Source: Methanobacteriota archaeon (GTDB lineage: Archaea > Thermoplasmatota > Poseidoniia > Poseidoniales > Poseidoniaceae). From it: 59,527 nucleotides of DNA. The stretch covers positions 1 to 59,527 of the forward strand of contig JAACDG010000072.1 of assembly GCA_009937025.1 (NCBI GenBank), given 5' to 3'. The notes under the pieces were generated by a model. That model did not search any database, was not told where the DNA came from, and was given only the letters and a program-made list of their open reading frames with translations. Shown here piece by piece: positions 20,680 to 30,693 of this stretch (positions within the stretch are counted from its first letter, which is position 1; every line of letters starts with the position of its first letter). The translations under genes were made by a program, and so were the position numbers.

Positions 20680-21474
20680 GTGTCAATGCGTGAAGGCAAT
20701 TCCGAGAATCCTCGTGAGAGTGTATTCACTACAGCGTTGTGGGACGGAGCATTCTCCCTTGCTGATTGGGAACTCCATGAACGTCGATTGATTGAACATG
20801 CGAAGCGTTTGCGTCTTGAACTTCCTTCGGATTTAAGACAACACCTACTCCGTTTTTTCGAACAAGAAGTTGATGTAAACCAACCACTGCCTTCCTTTGA
20901 ACCCAAGATGTTGGTTCGAATTGAATGTTTTCGCTCTGGACACATTTCTATCGAAACTCGTCGACTTACCCTTCGAAACGAAACCATAGATGCAATCACT
21001 TTCCCTGCCCCTCGGTGGTCTTCGAAAGTGCATGGAACAAAACATGGTGATTGGAATCCATACCTTGAAGCGCAACAAGTTGCAGAAAAACGAGGCGTTG
21101 ATTTGGCTTTTCTCGTACATGATTTTGCAATTGTCGATGCTGATCGAGCGATGCCCCTTGTACTTGATGAAGATGGAATCGCCTGGGCAACAGCCCCTGC
21201 AGAAGGCGGTGTTGCAAGTATTACCTTCGAAACTCTAGTTGGAGGACTTGAAGCGGCAGGAATACCAATTCAATATGGGCGATTAAACGAAAGATTGGTG
21301 GCGAGAGCTGTCGAAGTTACAGCGATTGGAAGCGGTATTGGAGCGTGTAGAGTTCTTTCGCTCGATGATGAACAACTCGGTGAAGGAATGGCTCTCACCG
21401 CCCAATGTCAATCGCTTTTAGCGGAACATTATCGAGACAAAGCAACGTGGTTTGATGTGAGGTTGGGGGAATGA
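20680..21474 (+). CDS. pabC: Aminotransferase class IV, 4-amino-4-deoxychorismate lyase-like
   Basis: FTT..., HERRL, GTKHG (candidate PLP lysine), GVASIT; 4-bp overlap with the ADC synthase gene. Confidence 0.65.
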   Translation: MSMREGNSENPRESVFTTALWDGAFSLADWELHERRLIEHAKRLRLELPSDLRQHLLRFFEQEVDVNQPLPSFEPKMLVRIECFRSGHISIETRRLTLRNETIDAITFPAPRWSSKVHGTKHGDWNPYLEAQQVAEKRGVDLAFLVHDFAIVDADRAMPLVLDEDGIAWATAPAEGGVASITFETLVGGLEAAGIPIQYGRLNERLVARAVEVTAIGSGIGACRVLSLDDEQLGEGMALTAQCQSLLAEHYRDKATWFDVRLGE

Positions 21475-23708
21475 GTCAACACTTTCTATCCCTTCATGCG
21501 CATTGGCGAGACATTGGCTTACTTGGAGAAAAAGCGGTTCATTATGGAGGGCCAGATGAGTTGTTATTCTACTCAGGGGGCCCACAATCACATCTCGCTC
21601 AATTTTCTATTCTTTGCGGCCCATCTCGAAAACGGGTACTTGTACGTCAACCAAGTCAGAAGACTACTCCTTCGGCCCAACAACACAGTCCGTTGAATGG
21701 AGAAGTGCGATTGGTGAAAGAAAAACAACCGTTCGTCGCTCAAGTTGAAGAATGGAAGCATGGGTGTTGGTATCATTCAACGTCGATCTTCGCACAATCA
21801 TTATCGGAACTGTTGGAAAAACTTCGCCCCTTGACTTCTGAAGTATGCTTCGACTCCGCTCCAGAGTCTTCGTTGCCTCAACGGCCCTTTTGGGCAGGTG
21901 CCTTCGCCTATGATATGGTGCAGTGGACTCGCCCACTCCAACTCCAACATGTGCCAGATGAAGGGGAATTACTCACGATATTGTGGCTTGTCGAACGAAT
22001 CGCTGTCCACGATAAAGCGACGGATGCCATTTCCACTCACGCTCCCGCCGAGGATCTCTGGGGTCAGAAAACTCGTCAAAACATGACCCCTGTGTCCGCA
22101 TTACAGCCTTTAGCGGAGCCATCTGCTTCAATTGAAACAAGTTCGATGAGTGATGAACAACATGAACAATCGATTGAAGCAATACGTGAAAGCATTCGGT
22201 CGGGACAGATGTATCAAGTCAATGTTGGACGCTGGTGGAGTGGCGACATACATGAACACCCTCGGGCCATCTTTCAACGCTTGAATGAGGACAACCCCGC
22301 ACCTTTCTCAGCCTATCTTGAAGCACCTGATTTGGGATTTTCTCTTGTATGTTCATCGCCGGAATCATTGCTCAAATGCGACGGTGAATCGGTGTTTACC
22401 TCTCCGATAAAGGGAACGCGTCCTCGAGGGAATAATTCTCTGCATGAAGAAGAACTTCGTATAGAAATGGTCAATGATGAAAAAGAACGCTCCGAACATA
22501 GAATGCTGGTTGACTTGATGAGAAATGATATTTCTTCTGTATCAAAAGTTGGGAGTGTTCAGGTTGAACGGTTTGATGTTGAAGCATATTCAAACGTCCA
22601 ACACCTTGTTTCTCACCTTTCAGGAGTATTAGAAGATGGAGTTTCTGGCCTTGATGCATTACAAGCGGTTTTTCCAGGAGGGAGTATCACAGGTTGCCCA
22701 AGAACGGTCGTCTGTTCCGCAATCGATGAACTCGAACAACGACCGAGGTCTTTTTGGACAGGCTCAATAGGATGGATTGATCTAACAACAGGGGCAGGTT
22801 CATGGAATATTTTGATTCGAACCTTAATCGCCCGAAAACTTCGCAACCAATGGCATGCAGATGTTGCAGCCGGTGGAGGAATTACCATTGGCTCGGACCC
22901 AAAGGCCGAAGTGGAAGAAGCAAAATGGAAAGCGGCTGCACTTCGAAAAGCATGTGGATGGATTGAAAACGATAATTCAAAACTGCCTGTTGGTGAACTT
23001 TCGATTCATCAATTGGAAAGGGAAAAAGTACCAAAAGCAGTCGGTGAAGGGAAGGTTCGATTTGCCGATGAGCATACAGTTGCCGAAGGTTGTGTTTTGT
23101 TGGTTGATAATCTGGATTCATTCACCCTCAATATTGCTCATGCTCTTGCCGGGTTGGGGCATGATGTTTTGATTTACAAAGCTCGAGATGGAGGACCTGA
23201 ATCGGTTTGGAATTCAACCTCGTGTGCTGAATTCGTGTCTCGCTTCCAACCTTCGCATATTGTACTCGGCCCTGGCCCCGGAGTCCCAACTGATTCCCCA
23301 CTTACAATGGGGATTGCACAATTAGCAATCTCCGGGAAGATATCCATTCCAATTCTTGGAATATGTTTGGGTCATCAAGCATTGGGTTTGGCAGGTGGGA
23401 TGGCTTTGGTGCGTTCTCCAAATGGGCCAGTACATGGTACCCCACGTGCATGTGCACACACAAATTCAGGGTTGTTTTCAACCCTGCAATCTCCTTCATT
23501 ATTCACTCGCTATAATTCATTGAGCATCACCTCAGTAGAGGGTGGACCATACATCGAAACTGCACATGAAGTCGGGACTGATATTGTGATGGGCATTCAG
23601 CATCCAGAGTTACAGATACATGGAATACAATTTCACCCAGAGTCTGTTGGTTCACAAGAAGGACTTGTTTTGCTGAAGAATTTCCTTATGCTCGAAGCGG
23701 ATGCTTGA
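21471..23708 (+). CDS. pabB: Fused aminodeoxychorismate synthase component I + glutamine amidotransferase (PabB-PabA)
   Basis: NPAPFS, SPE, SPIKGTRPRG (PabB-type PIKGT), EHRMLVDLMRND, FPGGSITG; GATase VDNLDSFT, GPGPG, GICLGHQ, QFHPES. Confidence 0.85.
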   Translation: MSQHFLSLHAHWRDIGLLGEKAVHYGGPDELLFYSGGPQSHLAQFSILCGPSRKRVLVRQPSQKTTPSAQQHSPLNGEVRLVKEKQPFVAQVEEWKHGCWYHSTSIFAQSLSELLEKLRPLTSEVCFDSAPESSLPQRPFWAGAFAYDMVQWTRPLQLQHVPDEGELLTILWLVERIAVHDKATDAISTHAPAEDLWGQKTRQNMTPVSALQPLAEPSASIETSSMSDEQHEQSIEAIRESIRSGQMYQVNVGRWWSGDIHEHPRAIFQRLNEDNPAPFSAYLEAPDLGFSLVCSSPESLLKCDGESVFTSPIKGTRPRGNNSLHEEELRIEMVNDEKERSEHRMLVDLMRNDISSVSKVGSVQVERFDVEAYSNVQHLVSHLSGVLEDGVSGLDALQAVFPGGSITGCPRTVVCSAIDELEQRPRSFWTGSIGWIDLTTGAGSWNILIRTLIARKLRNQWHADVAAGGGITIGSDPKAEVEEAKWKAAALRKACGWIENDNSKLPVGELSIHQLEREKVPKAVGEGKVRFADEHTVAEGCVLLVDNLDSFTLNIAHALAGLGHDVLIYKARDGGPESVWNSTSCAEFVSRFQPSHIVLGPGPGVPTDSPLTMGIAQLAISGKISIPILGICLGHQALGLAGGMALVRSPNGPVHGTPRACAHTNSGLFSTLQSPSLFTRYNSLSITSVEGGPYIETAHEVGTDIVMGIQHPELQIHGIQFHPESVGSQEGLVLLKNFLMLEADA

Positions 23709-23745
23709 AGAATCGGGCGCGATTGGAGAGAGTTGAGGGAGTATC

Positions 23746-24132
23746 ATGCCGACGTGCCGATATTGTTCAAGTACCTATTCTCGAGAGCAGTTCATTCATG
23801 GAAATGGTCCAAAGGCGCAGGTCTGTGTTCGATGTAGCCTCGAGAAAGGTTTAGTGTCGAAAGAAGATGCTCCGAACATGTATGACGAAGCTCTCAGCAG
23901 TGCGCGATTACAAATTATGGCGCGCCGATACAGTGTCTTTCTGTATATTCCATTATTGTGGACCCTTTGGATTATGGTCTTGAGTGATGTCAATCCTTGG
24001 GGTTGGTACTTCCTTGCTTTACTCATTGTTTTGACTTTACTTGCCCCGGTTTGGTTCATCTATCGCAGTGGGCAATACTCCGGCGACATGGCTCGTCTAA
24101 CGCCTGCATATGACCGCCCTGAAGGTCATTGA
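23746..24132 (+). CDS. Small protein with zinc-ribbon-like N-terminus and two TM helices
   Basis: CRYC...CVRC followed by two hydrophobic segments. Confidence 0.65.
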   Translation: MPTCRYCSSTYSREQFIHGNGPKAQVCVRCSLEKGLVSKEDAPNMYDEALSSARLQIMARRYSVFLYIPLLWTLWIMVLSDVNPWGWYFLALLIVLTLLAPVWFIYRSGQYSGDMARLTPAYDRPEGH

Positions 24133-25416
24133 TCACGATTTTGCGTGAATTTTGAGAACGTCGCCATCACTCATTTCGTGCTCTGCCCCGACGACACGTC
24201 GAGTTCTTCCATCCACGCCTCGGATGAATCCATCGCCAAGGTCACTGTGAACTTTGTAAGCCAGTACTTTCGCTTGAATCCCCGCGGGGACGACGAAAGC
24301 ATCTGGCAATACTTTGCCATCGCCATCTGTCCAATGTGTTTCATCTTGAACGGGATAGACGACGATGTGCTCTAATTCGTCGAATAAAACGGTATCGAGG
24401 AGTGTGGAAACTCCCGTTCCATCATTTGCAGAAAGCCGTTCAAGCATGTGGTTCAGGGCTTTGAGTTGGGGTTCAGAAAGAGAATCTCGGTTGGTGAATT
24501 CAAATGAGTTTTGACCTGGAACATACGAGATTAATTCAGCTGATGCGGCTCGGCGAAGAGCCAATTCCACGTCTGCCATACAAGGCATGAGCGTCCCATT
24601 AGCAGAAATACTTTGAAGCACACCCGGAGGCGCAATATCGAACTTATTTGCAGCAATATGAATCGGGAAAAGAGCTGTGCGGACATGCCTGGCAAGTGCT
24701 GCAATGGTTTCTTGACTCCAATCCCAAGGGCTCCCTAACTCCTCATGTTCATTTTTGAATGCTTCAAATGAGGTGGCTATGGATTGAGATGTTGAACCAA
24801 GGCCGGTTAATTGCTCATGGATATAGGTGACTAAGCCTTTCTCACCTTCAGCTTGTACTCGACGCACACCACGTGTCCATCCATCACTCAATAATCCCGC
24901 AATCCAAGCATCCAATTCTTTTCCAAGGAATTCTATTTCTTCGGCAATACGTTGTTGAGCGACTTCTTTGCTTTGATTCGCACCCTGTGGGTTTCCTTCA
25001 AGGTCAGTTGTTCCAGCAGCATCAACAACTTGGATGAGGGCATCACAATTGGCTAAATCAGCAAGGAAGGCGTTTCCTCTCCCTCTGCCTTCACTCGCCC
25101 CAGGAACAAGCCCTGCGATATCAACCAAAAAGCAAGGAACAAGTCGACGATGGGCAATACATGAACCAGTTCTCGGTTCACAGAGACTGCCTTGTCGAGG
25201 GTCATCATCAGCGATACCTTCGATTCGCCCTTCTGCCTCCAAACGTTGACGAATGTCTTTGCAGGGGCAATGTATTCGGGCTGCAACAAAAGCAACGCCT
25301 ACATTCGGTTCAATGGTACAAAAAGGGTAATTTGCAATATCGACTTTTGCTAAAGTCGCTGCACTGAAAAAAGTGGATTTGCCAACATTCGGTTTGCCGA
25401 CCAATCCGATTTTCAC
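24133..25416 (-). CDS. ychF: YchF/OLA1 family translation-associated NTPase (archaeal type, TGS domain)
   Basis: GKPNVGKST, ANYPFCTIEPN, DIAGLVPGA..GRGRGN.FL, NKFD, VHSDL, C-terminal TGS. Confidence 0.92.
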   Translation of the reverse strand: MKIGLVGKPNVGKSTFFSAATLAKVDIANYPFCTIEPNVGVAFVAARIHCPCKDIRQRLEAEGRIEGIADDDPRQGSLCEPRTGSCIAHRRLVPCFLVDIAGLVPGASEGRGRGNAFLADLANCDALIQVVDAAGTTDLEGNPQGANQSKEVAQQRIAEEIEFLGKELDAWIAGLLSDGWTRGVRRVQAEGEKGLVTYIHEQLTGLGSTSQSIATSFEAFKNEHEELGSPWDWSQETIAALARHVRTALFPIHIAANKFDIAPPGVLQSISANGTLMPCMADVELALRRAASAELISYVPGQNSFEFTNRDSLSEPQLKALNHMLERLSANDGTGVSTLLDTVLFDELEHIVVYPVQDETHWTDGDGKVLPDAFVVPAGIQAKVLAYKVHSDLGDGFIRGVDGRTRRVVGAEHEMSDGDVLKIHAKS

Positions 25417-25440
25417 TGTAATCCCGCCATGTGAGCGTGG

Positions 25441-27408
25441 TCACTCTTCCTCAGAATCTAGAATATCGTTTCGTATCTTAGCGAGCATGATGTCCAATTC
25501 AGGGAGGTTAATGCGGCCGTCGCCATCAAGGTCAACTGCGGAAACCAATCGGCCCATTTCCCAAGGTGGAAGATTTGCAATGTCTGACTTCATCAGCGCT
25601 TGTTGGAATTCATAAGCATCGATTTGCCCCGAGTCATCCAAATCAATAGCATTGAAAAATTCAAAAATTGATTGCTTTGATTGTTTCAAGAATTGTGCAA
25701 GCATGACAAGTTCTTCAGGGACTGGGAATTCTGTAATCTCATCATTGTGAAGTTGGGCTGAAACTCGGATGATGGAGGGGCCACCATCATCTTCTTCGAT
25801 TTCTCCAATGTGAAGTGTTGTATCAACACCAACTCCCCGGCCCAACAAGGTACGGATCGAAGTTGAGCCTTCAACTAAGGTATACGAGGCAATATCGCTG
25901 GAAACAGATATGTCGGAATACGAAGGATTGTTTGGTCGGCCAGTGTGAATCATTGACAATGCTGCAAGAATACTTGCGAGGGTTACCAAATAGAACATAG
26001 CTGCAGAAACCAAGAAGAATCCTTCAGATGAAGCAACGGCGTCTTCAACACCGGAATTGGAAACTGCATATGCCGTGAAGTCTCCCATGAGAGCTGCTAT
26101 GGTTGAAGCAACACCGCCAACAAGGGTGAACCAAACAGCAAGTTGGGCATTGTTTGCCTTTGCCAGTTTCTTTCCTGCTATCAATGGGTAAGATGTGAAA
26201 AGGGCAGCGAGCATCATCAAACCTCCAACTGTAGAGATGAATCCTGTATCGACTGTATGTGCCATCGAACCAAGTTTATCCATGCCTACAAAAGTGTCCA
26301 TTCCAGTAAAGAATCCTCCAATGGCATAGATTGGAAGAAGCATCATTGCTGCTGTTGCTGCAAAGGCACCTGGGCTTTTTACGATTCTTTCAGGGTTCGA
26401 GGCTGCAGTAGCAACCATGTTGAAGGAACCTGCAAGCAAGGGGAGAAGACCCAATGTCATGAGAAGAGCCCCGATGTTTTGCAAAAATTCTCCCGCATCA
26501 GCAGAAGAAAGGAAGAAGGGTGGAACCGTTATGAAAAGGAACAATATACTGGTTTTCTGCATCGACTCAGACCAAACTGGCTTTCCAGCAGTGAATGGAA
26601 TGATGTGGTAAGCGGCAGCGAAAATCAAAGCCAAAGGAACCCATCCTGTTAAGACTCGTTCAGCCATCCAAACAGTTTGTGTCGAGTCGACAAGTTCTCC
26701 GAAGAAAGCGAACAGCATAGCCATAACCTTAGCAACCAATGCGAGAACCAAAAACCAGGTTGTTGGTGAAATGTTTTCATGTTCGCGGTCACCAATCGTG
26801 ATGAATACATTGATGAGAAGAGCAATGTGAAGCATTGACCCAACAACCAAAGTTGAGATGTTTTGGATTGCCTCCAAAACACTTGCTTCGTTTGCTATTG
26901 TAATGAAGGAAAAGATTGCTGGTAGAAGCAGGACTGCAACTGTAGATGCGGTGAGAAGAACAGCGACCATGGACGCACTTGCTTCACTTGCAAGTCGGCC
27001 TTTAGAAGCACGAGAGATTGCAACAAGTGCTGCACCAACCAAGATGTAATTCAATGCGGTCGAGAAGAAGACCCCCGTATAATCAGTCAACATCGACCCA
27101 TCATCATAACTCCAACCAATACTGGAAAGTGAGTTCAAGGCGGTAGGGTCGTAACGGTGCCAAATGCCGAGGAACATACCAAGACAGGCCATGAAAAACC
27201 AAGCCATTCCAAAGCGGAGCCATGTTTTTGAACCACTTCCAGGCTTGTCGCTGAAGAGATCAATCAATCCCGCTGGAGCTTTGTTTAACAAAAACATTCC
27301 AACCTGTCGAAGAGAAGTTGTCATACCTCCAATTCCTCGGACCATGTAATTCGAAACCAGAGCAAGAGAGGCAATCAAAAGAATTGCTGAGATAAATACT
27401 GTTTCCAT
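25441..27408 (-). CDS. CcoN/heme-copper oxidase subunit I-like polytopic membrane protein lacking metal-ligand His, with C-terminal EF-hand pair
   Basis: About 12-13 TM; AAAYHIIPFTAGKPVWS and YPLIAGKKL match the oxidase Y..P...G.P.YS loops; EF loops DLDDSGQIDAYE and DLDGDGRINLPE; GGAGGTGA SD upstream. Confidence 0.65.
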   Translation of the reverse strand: METVFISAILLIASLALVSNYMVRGIGGMTTSLRQVGMFLLNKAPAGLIDLFSDKPGSGSKTWLRFGMAWFFMACLGMFLGIWHRYDPTALNSLSSIGWSYDDGSMLTDYTGVFFSTALNYILVGAALVAISRASKGRLASEASASMVAVLLTASTVAVLLLPAIFSFITIANEASVLEAIQNISTLVVGSMLHIALLINVFITIGDREHENISPTTWFLVLALVAKVMAMLFAFFGELVDSTQTVWMAERVLTGWVPLALIFAAAYHIIPFTAGKPVWSESMQKTSILFLFITVPPFFLSSADAGEFLQNIGALLMTLGLLPLLAGSFNMVATAASNPERIVKSPGAFAATAAMMLLPIYAIGGFFTGMDTFVGMDKLGSMAHTVDTGFISTVGGLMMLAALFTSYPLIAGKKLAKANNAQLAVWFTLVGGVASTIAALMGDFTAYAVSNSGVEDAVASSEGFFLVSAAMFYLVTLASILAALSMIHTGRPNNPSYSDISVSSDIASYTLVEGSTSIRTLLGRGVGVDTTLHIGEIEEDDGGPSIIRVSAQLHNDEITEFPVPEELVMLAQFLKQSKQSIFEFFNAIDLDDSGQIDAYEFQQALMKSDIANLPPWEMGRLVSAVDLDGDGRINLPELDIMLAKIRNDILDSEEE

Positions 27409-27421
27409 TCATCACACCTCC

Positions 27422-27694
27422 TTAGTCAACAATGACCTCGCTGAGAAGAGAGGCAACAATCGCACCCACTCCAATTAATATGCCAATGAGGTAATACCAA
27501 ATTCCGCTACCTCCAAGATTTCCAATCAAAGGAACAATTTCTCCAAGCAAAGGAAGGTTATCCCATCCGAAAACATTTGTAAAGAGGGCAAGGATGCCGA
27601 GAAGTCCTACTGAGAAGAGGGTTAAAAACACTCGACTGCTCGACGGTTCGCCTGTTCCAACAGTTACATCTGGTAGCGTTGTTGTATTTGTCAT
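27422..27694 (-). CDS. Small two-TM membrane protein, upstream partner of the CcoN-like gene
   Basis: 90 aa, hydrophobic, GAGGGTGA SD, 13 bp from the next gene. Confidence 0.7.
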   Translation of the reverse strand: MTNTTTLPDVTVGTGEPSSSRVFLTLFSVGLLGILALFTNVFGWDNLPLLGEIVPLIGNLGGSGIWYYLIGILIGVGAIVASLLSEVIVD

Positions 27695-27801
27695 CTGTAT
27701 TCACCCTCACATGACCCCATAGGGGTCATTCCGCCCACTCGTAATGCGGTGATAAACATTCACTCGCCTCAAGAAGCATTTCTGCGATTGAAAGCGTATC
27801 C

Positions 27802-28968
27802 TCAAGGAGAACGGAGTCTGTTGAGAAGATTGCCTCGCCGGTGCTTGGAAATACCCAGTGGGACAGGGAGTGCTTGCTCCAAAAGAACCTCTTCTTTCCA
27901 AGCCAGTTCACATGAGCAGGACAGCCCTTCAAATTCTTCAAGTTCGCCTGAAACAGCATAACGTTCGATCGCTGCTACGACGACTGAATCGCAAGAGCCG
28001 CAATTGTGAGCCCCTCGAACTCTTCCTCCAGCAGTGGGGTGGATGATGAGGCGGCACACTTGGTCTTCATCGCCGTTTTTCCCACCGTTTGGATGAATTG
28101 TTGGATGGACACGTCGAATCATTTCAACCAAAGACCAAAGCCAAGGAGGGCGATATTCGTTATTTCTGTGAAGACGGTCAATGATTGTCCCTCGTTGAAT
28201 ATTCATTGGATTCACGGAGATTTCATCACTTCGTTGGGCGACGTCTTCAATCCATTTGACGCCATGATTCAACGCATCTGCTTCGCTCATGAAAGGTGGT
28301 TTAAACATCAGATATGTTTTGATGCGAATGTCATACTTCTGGAGGTTGACAACGGCTCTATCCCAGGATTTGGTCGTAAAGCCCTTATTGACATGGAAGC
28401 GGAGGACTTCATCATCATAGGCTTCAAGTCCAATAGCCACTGCAAAACTTTGATTCAATTGTGTAGCCCAAGCAAGTTTCTCTTCAGTCAGTTGTTCACA
28501 TCGACTTTCAACAATCAATTCCTTGCCAAGTTCCTGACAATCTCGCAAAACCGTTTCTTGAAATTCAACGGGTATCTCTCGGTCTTCAAGCAAAGAGCCG
28601 CTCGTGTAGACTTTGACCATGGCATGGTCTTTGAAATCACTGAACTTTTCTTTTGCATATGCCCATTGTGCATGCAAGTCTTCATTGGTAACATCATCGC
28701 GAGTATCGTTGAAATATCCGCAAAAAGTACACCCGCTGGACCACCACCAATGGCACCCCTTGGTACGTAGAATAACAGTCACTGCGCTGCATGGGGTTCC
28801 ATCAGCTAGCGTTTCGGGAGTGTAGTAAACCGTTGCTGGCTCACTTGCATCCCAAGATTGTTGACGGGCTCGTGCCCAAGGAGTATTTGCAGGTGCCTTG
28901 ACCAAATCGTGAATACGGGCGCCTTTGTTGCCCTCTCCGACTAAAGTCAATGATTTCGGCCCCGACAT
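27802..28968 (-). CDS. Radical SAM enzyme for archaeosine synthesis (RaSEA, TIGR01210-like)
   Basis: VILRTKGCHWWWSSGCTFCGY, VKVYTSGS, ESR, IGLE, YRPPWLWS, GAHNCGSC. Confidence 0.88.
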   Translation of the reverse strand: MSGPKSLTLVGEGNKGARIHDLVKAPANTPWARARQQSWDASEPATVYYTPETLADGTPCSAVTVILRTKGCHWWWSSGCTFCGYFNDTRDDVTNEDLHAQWAYAKEKFSDFKDHAMVKVYTSGSLLEDREIPVEFQETVLRDCQELGKELIVESRCEQLTEEKLAWATQLNQSFAVAIGLEAYDDEVLRFHVNKGFTTKSWDRAVVNLQKYDIRIKTYLMFKPPFMSEADALNHGVKWIEDVAQRSDEISVNPMNIQRGTIIDRLHRNNEYRPPWLWSLVEMIRRVHPTIHPNGGKNGDEDQVCRLIIHPTAGGRVRGAHNCGSCDSVVVAAIERYAVSGELEEFEGLSCSCELAWKEEVLLEQALPVPLGISKHRRGNLLNRLRSP

Positions 28969-29037
28969 CGTGCTCCCCACCGTGAAGTGGCTCGGCTTTG
29001 ATGTTTCAATCCACCGCACGAATACATCGATTCAATC

Positions 29038-29883
29038 TTATGCTGGAATATACAAAATAGACGAACCTGCTTGAACAAATTCTCCTTTTGGATATTGAGG
29101 ATTTTGTTCCTCGGCTGAACATACGTTTGGTTTGAAAAGAGACGCTGGAGCACGAATATCAACTCGAGAACCCAAGCGAATCATTCCATAGCGCTGTCCT
29201 CGGCGAACTTCCTCATCAACTTGGAGCCACGGGACAATGGTTCGCGCAAGGGCTCCCGAAATTTGAGTCACTTCGACAAATGTTTCTGCTTCATTCTTGA
29301 ATACGCTTCGAACCCGCTCATTGTATTGACTTTCTTTTTTGTATGCTGCAACAAAAGGTCCGCGCTTTAATCCCTTTCCTGTTCGGTGTTCCATTCGAAG
29401 TAAGGTTCCGGCCATTGGAGCACGATTGACATGAACATCCAATGGAGACATGAACACCGCGATTCGATACACATCGTGTTCAGATTCCTGGCCTTTTGAA
29501 ACAGCTTCAAATTGTTGTTCGGTTTCAAACTTCAATGGATTGGATAAGGGTTCTGGGAACCAATCTCCAGTCAAAGGGTCCGAGGTACATTTCTTTGATT
29601 CGAGTTCTTCTCTCGATGGTCGTCGTCCAATCGCACGTTCACGCCGAACAAACATGACGTGTCCGTCAGCAGGACTCACCAGAATCCCTTCATCACGAGG
29701 TATCGGGCGGTCAGGGTCTCTCCAAAAATTCGCAAAGAAAGCAGAAAGCATGAAGCAAAAAATTCCAAAAAATGGAATTAAACCAAACAAGGGGTCAATC
29801 GTTGCTCCAATAATTAAGGCGCTTCCACCCATCAAAAGGGTGATGAGGACTGGAGCGTGGCCGCCATGGGCCAGACCTGCCAT
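29038..29883 (-). CDS. psd: Phosphatidylserine (archaetidylserine) decarboxylase proenzyme
   Basis: FWRDPDR, VSPADG, FMSPLDVHVNRAP, NER, GMIRLGSRVD self-cleavage motif. Confidence 0.92.
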   Translation of the reverse strand: MAGLAHGGHAPVLITLLMGGSALIIGATIDPLFGLIPFFGIFCFMLSAFFANFWRDPDRPIPRDEGILVSPADGHVMFVRRERAIGRRPSREELESKKCTSDPLTGDWFPEPLSNPLKFETEQQFEAVSKGQESEHDVYRIAVFMSPLDVHVNRAPMAGTLLRMEHRTGKGLKRGPFVAAYKKESQYNERVRSVFKNEAETFVEVTQISGALARTIVPWLQVDEEVRRGQRYGMIRLGSRVDIRAPASLFKPNVCSAEEQNPQYPKGEFVQAGSSILYIPA

Positions 29884-29892
29884 CGAATCGCC

Positions 29893-30693
29893 TCACTCAG
29901 AAGCCCAAGGGTCTTCGCCATCTGCCCAAGTAGCAGCTGAGGTTGTTTCGGTAGCTGCAGGTTCTTCTTCAGCGGCCGCTTCCTCATTTGCTTCTGCTTC
30001 TGCTTCTGCTTCTGCGGCTTCAGGTGTTTCGTCCTTGGTTAATTCTTCAGCAGCACTTTCTTCTACTGCATCGGTGGATTCTTCGGCATCTGATGTTGAA
30101 ATATCTTCAGCCTCTTCTATTGTCATTTCAGCTGCTCGAGCATCGACCATTTCATCAATACGTTCAGTGAAAGCACGGGCCATGTGCTGAGACTTTCGCT
30201 CCGCTTCAATAGCTCGTTCAATCATTTCATAACGGACCTTGATGGCTTTGTTAAGGTCTTCAAAAATTTGCATATGGTCGACATACCAATCATCACGTGC
30301 TTTCATTTCCTTAACAGCAAGGTGAAGGTCATTATCAAGTTCTTCCGCGATTCCAAAGACCTTACCCAATCGGTCTTTTTCACGGGTGTACTTCTCTTCC
30401 ATCATTTCAAGTTCAGGTTCGAGACGTTCAACGTTCTTACTCGACTTTGCTGCTCGAAGTTCAAGTTCTCGCATGCGGTTGTCTTTCTCATCAAGCAGAC
30501 TTTGCAGTGAATCTTTTTCAACTGCTCCTTCGATAATTTCTTTTTCAAGAACTTCGATAGTAGCAAGTGCATCGTTCAAATCTTGTTGCGTACTTTGAAA
30601 CGCTTCGTAGAGAACGTCAATTTTGACTTTTAAATCTTCAACTGTTTCTGTCGATTCAATGTCGGCTGGGGGGATGGTTCCTTCTTCAGTCAT
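29893..30693 (-). CDS. Acidic coiled-coil protein
   Basis: Long heptad-like E/K/L region, A/E-rich tail, ends WADGEDPWASE. Confidence 0.7.
   Translation of the reverse strand: MTEEGTIPPADIESTETVEDLKVKIDVLYEAFQSTQQDLNDALATIEVLEKEIIEGAVEKDSLQSLLDEKDNRMRELELRAAKSSKNVERLEPELEMMEEKYTREKDRLGKVFGIAEELDNDLHLAVKEMKARDDWYVDHMQIFEDLNKAIKVRYEMIERAIEAERKSQHMARAFTERIDEMVDARAAEMTIEEAEDISTSDAEESTDAVEESAAEELTKDETPEAAEAEAEAEANEEAAAEEEPAATETTSAATWADGEDPWASE

Noticed and set aside
21471..23708. Anthranilate synthase TrpEG or phenazine PhzE call
   Set aside because: The PIKGT motif and adjacent PabC-like gene favour ADC synthase; no other trp or phz genes are nearby
25150..25275. Cys-rich insertion in YchF (HCPC...C...C)
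   Set aside because: A Cys-containing insertion here is typical of archaeal YchF; only its length differs
25441..27408. Functional cbb3 oxidase or nitric oxide reductase call
   Set aside because: The heme/Cu-ligating histidine motifs and partner cytochrome genes are not visible
29990..30013. (GCTTCT)4 microsatellite
   Set aside because: It encodes an ordinary Glu-Ala low-complexity tail; the unit is a multiple of three, so no phase variation
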